NCBI GenBank assembly: GCA_043778225.1
Contig: JAYWGM010000091.1
Location: forward strand, 1-64,000
DNA from: Deinococcales bacterium
Lineage (GTDB): Bacteria; Deinococcota; Deinococci; Deinococcales; JAAFIG01
Reading direction: 5' to 3'
Length of the DNA stretch: 64,000 nt
The notes beneath the pieces were generated by a model. It was not told the DNA's origin, made no database searches, and saw nothing but the letters and a program-made list of their open reading frames with translations. The position numbers were made by a program, and so were the translations under genes. This document shows positions 58,529 to 64,000 of this stretch, in pieces (the stretch's first letter is position 1; the number at the start of each line of letters is the position of its first letter).

Positions 58529-59466
58529 TGGCTCGAGGTTATCCGTTTCATCCTGTTAAAACGGCTGGGGCATTGCTCTTGGCTGGGGCGGCGGCTTTTG
58601 GTTTTATGAACTGGGATGCGGTCAGTTTAATAGCGCCAACCATTGCACCAATCACTGGGGCGGTGGCTTCTGGGGCGCGAACCCTTGATGGAAAGGCTGC
58701 CAAAAATGGCAAAGTGCAGGTTTTTGTCAATGGTCAAGCCGTGGGCATTGCCGATGTGGATGCCAATGGCAATTGGAAACTCGACACCAGCCTGCCAAGT
58801 GGTTCGGTCAACATCGTGGCAAAAGCCTTTGATGGAAAAACCGCCAGCCTCGAGTCTGCGCCGCTTGACCTGACGCTAAAAGCACCTTTTGAGGGCTTAA
58901 ATGTGATGGCAGAAGGCGAGGGGATTAACATTTTTACGCCACAACTTGCCGATGCCAATGGTTTTTTAGCCGCCGACCAGTTTAATTTGGCTGGCTTGGC
59001 AGCGGCTAATACCAAGCTCGAGATTCTTGAGGGTGGAAAATTACTTGGTAATGCCACAGCAGCAGATGATGGTCAATGGTCGTACAAAGTTATCCCAACT
59101 GGCACAGGCGATATTGATTACTTGGTGCGCCCAGAAGGCAAAGAAACTGGGGCGCTCTATACCTTAAACATTGCGCCAAAAGGTGCAACAGCAGCAGTTT
59201 GCCCTTGTAAATTGCGTTTTATCCTGACCAATCCTAAAGCCTTGGCTGCCAACATCACTCTCAAAGGCTCGAGTACCACACCAGAACCCGTCAGTGCGAC
59301 CATCCCTTTTAAGGGCAAAACCGCCACGATGATTTCCTTTATTGGCGTGGCATCTGGCGATTACACCTACAGTGTTGCCCAGAATGGCTTTACGACCTTT
59401 GGAAAAACCGCCAGTCTACCTAAGAACCGCACCATTAGCGTGTACTTAAATCCAGTTAAAAAATAA
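58528..59466 (+). CDS. membrane-anchored protein with bacterial Ig-like repeats
   Basis: N-terminal TM; two D..G.W Big-like repeats; C-terminal beta-sandwich. Confidence 0.65.
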   Translation: MARGYPFHPVKTAGALLLAGAAAFGFMNWDAVSLIAPTIAPITGAVASGARTLDGKAAKNGKVQVFVNGQAVGIADVDANGNWKLDTSLPSGSVNIVAKAFDGKTASLESAPLDLTLKAPFEGLNVMAEGEGINIFTPQLADANGFLAADQFNLAGLAAANTKLEILEGGKLLGNATAADDGQWSYKVIPTGTGDIDYLVRPEGKETGALYTLNIAPKGATAAVCPCKLRFILTNPKALAANITLKGSSTTPEPVSATIPFKGKTATMISFIGVASGDYTYSVAQNGFTTFGKTASLPKNRTISVYLNPVKK

Positions 59467-59479
59467 GGTGCTACTGATT

Positions 59480-59509
59480 GACCTCCTTGAAGCTCGAGGA
59501 GGTTTTTTT
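59480..59509 (+). terminator. intrinsic terminator
   Basis: ACCTCCTTGA-loop-TCGAGGAGGT plus T tract. Confidence 0.75.
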
Positions 59510-59568
59510 GGTGGTTTTAACTTTCCATTACAAAATGCTTTTAGGCTCGAGAAGGTCTTGCTCGAGCT

Positions 59569-61722
59569 TCAGGTCTTAAAACCAATACTGATGTCGCGCA
59601 ATTTGTTCGCCAGCCCCTCGAGTTGTTGGGCAATGCTCTGGGTTTGCTGGGTGGCGTACATCGAAGTCTTGGTGGTGTCAGAAATACTCTGCATCGCTTT
59701 TTCGATTTGGTTCATACCGATGTTATTTTGCTGGACTGTTATCTGAATCATTTGGGTCTGCTCGGCAGATTCGCGTATGGCTGTACCGAGTGCTTCGATC
59801 GTCTCGAGGGTGTGCGCCAGATGTTCTGCCCCACTTTCGGCAACTTTAGAGCCTTGCTCGGAGGTCATGACCGCGCCATTGGTGGCACGTTGAATCTGAT
59901 TTAAGAGGTTTTTGACCTGTTGGGTTGCGTCTTTGCTGCGTTCGGCTAAGTGCCTGATTTCTTGGGCAACCACCGCAAAGCCACGCCCGTGTTCGCCGGC
60001 TCTCGAGGCTTCGATGGCAGCATTTAAGGCGAGTAAATTGCTCTGGTCGGCAATATCAGAAACCGTGGCAATGATTTCGCCAATGCTTTGGGCTTGCTCT
60101 GATAAACTCAGAATTTTTTCTGAGATTTCGCCAACCCGAGCGCGAATTTGCTGCATTCCCTCGTCGGCAGTGCGTGCTGCCTCGATTCCAGCCGTGGCTA
60201 CTCGAGCCACACTGTTGGCGCTCTGGGTGATGTTGTGGGTCAGTTCGAGCGCATGGCTCGAGGATTGACTGACTTGGGCAACTGTGGCGCTGGTTTGATG
60301 AACCGCCGCACTTTGTTCGGCAATGCCACTGCTTTGCTGCACACAGGCTGCCAGAATTTGTTGGCTGGCACTCGAGACGGCTTGACTTGAAGTGTGAATC
60401 TGCCCAAGCACTTGGCGCAGTTTACGGGTCATTTCCGAAAAAGCTGTCCCGAGTTCGTCGTGTTCGGACTTGGCTTCGATGCTGGTTGTTAAATCGCCCT
60501 GCGAAATCGCTCCAGCCACGGTTGCCATTTGGCGTTGATAGCCAATCATCTCCTTAAACGAAGCCCGCAATGCACCAATTTCGTCGGTGCTGTCAGCTTG
60601 GATGTCTTGGGCTAAGTTGCCTTGGGCAAGGGCGGCGGCGTGGCTTCGTAAGCTCGAGACTTGTCCGGTCACATAGCGCGAAATCAGCCACGCCACCAAA
60701 ACCGCGCCAAGTAAAAAAAATAAAGCCGAAAAAACCAGTGGCAGCAATAAGGTATTGCGCTCGTCGGTAATTTCTTGAGATGACTGACTGGCAAAAACCG
60801 ACCAGTTTAAGCCCTTAAAATCATTTTTTGAATCGCTGGCAAACCAGCCAACTGTTCCCGAGACTTTGGCACTCAAGTTTTGGTCGCCAAAATCTCGGTC
60901 TTGAATAAAACCAGCTTGGGTGGCTCGAGAGGCTTTGTAAGACGAAAAATTACGCAGATTTGTTTTCATTGCTAGGTCTGGGTTGGGGGCGCTGATTAAA
61001 CGCCCGACGGCATCGGTAATCAGATAACGAATTGAAGCATAACCATTGTTTTTGGCTTCGGTCTGGGCATCACTTAAAATCCGTGTAATTTCTTCCCAAT
61101 TTAAGAGCGTGTGCCAAACGCCAATAATCTGACCACCAAAACCACGAATCGGGGCAGAAAATCCAATGCTCATCGGGCTGATGCTTGGCTCGAGTTTTTT
61201 AAGGATTTCGTCTTCGCCGGCTTCGGTTGCAAAAGCGGTGCGGTCTGGGACTAAACCTTGGCGGCAAGAGATAAACCACTGTTCTGCTGCTACGCTCGAG
61301 CCGATGATTTGACTGGTGTTTAAGGTTGCTCCTTGGGCATTGACACTTGAGGTGGCAATCACTTTACCGTCGGTGTCGGCAACCAGCATCAGGCGGTAAA
61401 TTGGGCTTTGGTTTCTAATTAAAGTGTTCATCCATGTACTTTGTTCTTCAGCATCCATGTTGCGGGCAAAGCGCGAAGTCGAAAAACTCAAGACATCGCT
61501 GTAGCGTTCGTTGAGGTTGCGATTGAGGATATTGGCGGCGCTAAAGGCGGCTTGCCGTACCCTCGCTCCTGCGCTGCGTTCGGTTTGCGAACCAATTGCG
61601 CCAAAAAATAGCCAAAAAGCCACCAAGACCATTGGCAAAAGCATCATGCCTGCCAGCATCAATAGCTTAATCAGCAAGGACGCATTATCAAAGATGGTAC
61701 GAACTCGAGTCCAGACAGCCAT
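59569..61722 (-). CDS. methyl-accepting chemotaxis protein (Cache + HAMP + MA)
   Basis: Two [41 protein letters not shown]. Confidence 0.93.
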   Translation of the reverse strand: MAVWTRVRTIFDNASLLIKLLMLAGMMLLPMVLVAFWLFFGAIGSQTERSAGARVRQAAFSAANILNRNLNERYSDVLSFSTSRFARNMDAEEQSTWMNTLIRNQSPIYRLMLVADTDGKVIATSSVNAQGATLNTSQIIGSSVAAEQWFISCRQGLVPDRTAFATEAGEDEILKKLEPSISPMSIGFSAPIRGFGGQIIGVWHTLLNWEEITRILSDAQTEAKNNGYASIRYLITDAVGRLISAPNPDLAMKTNLRNFSSYKASRATQAGFIQDRDFGDQNLSAKVSGTVGWFASDSKNDFKGLNWSVFASQSSQEITDERNTLLLPLVFSALFFLLGAVLVAWLISRYVTGQVSSLRSHAAALAQGNLAQDIQADSTDEIGALRASFKEMIGYQRQMATVAGAISQGDLTTSIEAKSEHDELGTAFSEMTRKLRQVLGQIHTSSQAVSSASQQILAACVQQSSGIAEQSAAVHQTSATVAQVSQSSSHALELTHNITQSANSVARVATAGIEAARTADEGMQQIRARVGEISEKILSLSEQAQSIGEIIATVSDIADQSNLLALNAAIEASRAGEHGRGFAVVAQEIRHLAERSKDATQQVKNLLNQIQRATNGAVMTSEQGSKVAESGAEHLAHTLETIEALGTAIRESAEQTQMIQITVQQNNIGMNQIEKAMQSISDTTKTSMYATQQTQSIAQQLEGLANKLRDISIGFKT

Positions 61723-61782
61723 GTTCAACACCTCATGAAGTGCATCATACCTAAAAAAACAGTCCTGCGGTATAATTTAAGA

Positions 61783-62964
61783 ATGAAACGGGTTTTGTTT
61801 GGGCTATTTTGGCTGACACTTTGGGTCTCGAGTTTGGCGCAAAGCCAAGCGGTCGGGGTTGGTATTCTGCACTCTTTAAGTGGCACGATGTCCATTTCCG
61901 AGGTCAGCGTTGCCAATGCGACCGAATTGGCGCTCGAGGAAATCAATCAAAGCGGTGGTGTGCTGGGGCAGCAAATTTTAATCAGCAAAGAAGACGGGGC
62001 TTCTAATTGGAATCGTTTTGCCGAAAAAGCCAAAAAGCTGATTCTCGAGGATAAGGTCGTGGCTATTTTTGGTGGTTGGACCAGTGCCAGCCGTAAATCC
62101 TTGCTGCCAGTCATCGAGAAGTACCAGAACCTACTTTTTTATCCAGTCCAATTTGAAGGCAACGAGTGCAGCCCGAACATTATTTACAGTGGCGCACAGC
62201 CCAACCAGCAAGCCTTACCCGCCCTCGATTGGGCGCTTGAGCAGGGCTACAAACGTATTTATTTGCTGGGTTCGGATTATATTTATCCGCGCACAATCAA
62301 TAAAATCCTCAAGCGCCACATTGCTAAAAAAGGCGCGATTTTGGTAGGCGAAGACTATTTGCCACTTGGCGGCAGCAATTTTAGTGCGATTATCGCTAAA
62401 ATCCGCAACAGCCGCCCACAAATCATTATTAACACGATCAATGGTGACAGCAACATTGCTTTTTTTAAGGCATACCGCAGTGCTGGATTTGACCCAAGGC
62501 TGATTCCAACGATCAGTTTTTCGGTTGCCGAACCCGAACTTCGTACCATTGGGGTCAATTTGCTTTTTGGGCATTACACCGCTTGGAATTACTTTCAGAG
62601 TCTCGAGAATCCAGCCAACCGCTTATTTATCCAAAGTTATCGCCAGCGCTTTGGGTCAAACAGCGTTCTCTCCGACCCGATGGCACACGCCTACAGCAGC
62701 GTCTTTTTTTGGCGTAGAGCGGTCGAGAAAGCCAAAAGTTTTGACCCACTTCTGGTGCGCCAAGCCTTGGTTGGACTCGAGTTTAGGGATTCACCCTTGG
62801 GCAGAATCCGCATCGAAGCCAATGGCTCGCTCAAACAACGGGTCTATATTGGTCGGGTCGAGAGGAACGGGCAGTTTCAGGTGGTTTGGCGTTCTTTAAG
62901 CGAAGTCTTGCCAGAACCCTACGACCCACTGACTTTTCCGGGGCAGCGCTGCCCGAAGAACTAA
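61783..62964 (+). CDS. UrtA/AmiC-like urea/amide-binding protein
   Basis: GILHSLSGTMSISE, FGGWTSASRK, PNQQ, GSDYIYPR; TATAAT-N6-ATG. Confidence 0.88.
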   Translation: MKRVLFGLFWLTLWVSSLAQSQAVGVGILHSLSGTMSISEVSVANATELALEEINQSGGVLGQQILISKEDGASNWNRFAEKAKKLILEDKVVAIFGGWTSASRKSLLPVIEKYQNLLFYPVQFEGNECSPNIIYSGAQPNQQALPALDWALEQGYKRIYLLGSDYIYPRTINKILKRHIAKKGAILVGEDYLPLGGSNFSAIIAKIRNSRPQIIINTINGDSNIAFFKAYRSAGFDPRLIPTISFSVAEPELRTIGVNLLFGHYTAWNYFQSLENPANRLFIQSYRQRFGSNSVLSDPMAHAYSSVFFWRRAVEKAKSFDPLLVRQALVGLEFRDSPLGRIRIEANGSLKQRVYIGRVERNGQFQVVWRSLSEVLPEPYDPLTFPGQRCPKN

Positions 62965-63013
62965 AACCTCGAGACCACGCCACATTGTCCAAATCTGTGC
63001 AAGAATACAAGAC

Positions 63014-63814
63014 GTGGCGCAGGAACGCAGCAAATCTATCCCGATTCTCGAGCGAGCTTATCCAGACGCAACTTTGCCAATGCTCAATGCCTTGCCAGTT
63101 GGTGAACGCTCAATTTTGGGCTTGCACGCCAGTTTTGCCGAGTTGCCTAAAGTTTGCAACCACCTCGAGAAAACTGGTTTTGATGGGGCTTTAATCCTTG
63201 AGAATGCGGTGGTGCTGCTTTTTGAGGGCAAAATTATCAATGCTTGTGCGGCTCGAAATGAAGAATTGCTTTGGAGCGACCTCGCCCTGCTTGAGTTCTC
63301 GCGGCGCTATGCCGAAGGGCTGCGGCTCGAGGCGTTGGTTCTCGAGCGGCGTGTGGCTCATGCCTTATCGGGTTTACAAGACCGTCCGTGGCGCGTCCAA
63401 CCCTCAGATGGTTTTACGGGCGCTCGAGCCATGGGCAATGGTTATTTGGCACTGATTCAAGATGGTGATTCGTTTGGACGCTTACAAATTGGCAATCGTG
63501 AAACTGGCGCATACCCAGCCACGATGCGCCCCAAGGCTTTAACCTTGCCTCGAGTGATTGGCGCGTGGGCTGGTGAGCGCTATGCCCTGACCCTGCGTGG
63601 GCGCGATGCGGTTAATCCAATTACCGACACCTACAACCGCGCTCGAGCCGCCCATGGTAAGCCAGCCCTCGAAGTTTTAACCCTTTTGGGGCGCGGCAAG
63701 ACCCCGCTCGAGATTGCTGCTACTTTAGAACGTGACACCGCAAGCCTTGAAGCAGTGGTTGAGGTTTTTATCCGCGAGGGTTTACTCAGTCGCCGCCCAG
63801 ACCCGACCACATGA
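63014..63814 (+). CDS. hypothetical protein with C-terminal wHTH-like region
   Basis: 266-aa ORF filling the gap. Confidence 0.6.
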   Translation: MAQERSKSIPILERAYPDATLPMLNALPVGERSILGLHASFAELPKVCNHLEKTGFDGALILENAVVLLFEGKIINACAARNEELLWSDLALLEFSRRYAEGLRLEALVLERRVAHALSGLQDRPWRVQPSDGFTGARAMGNGYLALIQDGDSFGRLQIGNRETGAYPATMRPKALTLPRVIGAWAGERYALTLRGRDAVNPITDTYNRARAAHGKPALEVLTLLGRGKTPLEIAATLERDTASLEAVVEVFIREGLLSRRPDPTT

Positions 63815-63892
63815 GAAAAACCCTTTAGTTTTTCTTAAAATTTCACGTAAAAAGTACACTTGTCCTGCTAAACTGTTGTCAGGAGGTTTTTC

Positions 63893-64000
63893 ATGAAATT
63901 AAAACCCGCACATATTCTCGGACTAAGCTCACTCGCTTTGGCAGCTTTGGTGCTGTCGCCACTGGCTTTTGCCAAGAACAGTTACCGAATTGCTGCCCAA
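63893..64000 (+). CDS. secreted protein, N-terminus only (runs off the window)
   Basis: AGGAGG RBS; signal peptide ending LAFA. Confidence 0.7.
   Translation, partial: MKLKPAHILGLSSLALAALVLSPLAFAKNSYRIAAQ

Overview
This is a chromosomal core-genome segment of a Deinococcota bacterium. The assignment rests on Deinococcus/Thermus-type RpoZ, a SigA with a long Lys/Ala/Pro N-terminus, and many leaderless TANNNT-N6-ATG starts. GC content looks unusually low for the phylum (about half, by eye). Housekeeping genes include leuS, rplM-rpsI, ispF, hpf, pheS/pheT, sigA, glgA, purC, rpoZ, glyA, phoH and tRNA-Arg(CCG). They are interleaved with small accessory cassettes: Fic, an ABC-type ATPase plus nuclease pair, four TA modules, DUF559, YhcG, Uma2 and a resistance-like cluster. 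Main findings: (1) a ~215-nt structured transcript with its own promoter and terminator (21370-21584, minus), whose 5' end is a perfect 17-nt complement of the 16S rRNA 3' end; (2) extreme iteration of the palindrome CTCGAG; (3) leaderless Leu- and Phe-containing leader-peptide attenuators before leuS and pheS; (4) a DUF559 nuclease gene bracketed by 40-bp inverted repeats; (5) orphan duplicated gene 3' ends marking cassette acquisition; (6) a candidate ATPase+nuclease defence pair. All calls come from reading the sequence; no searches were run.
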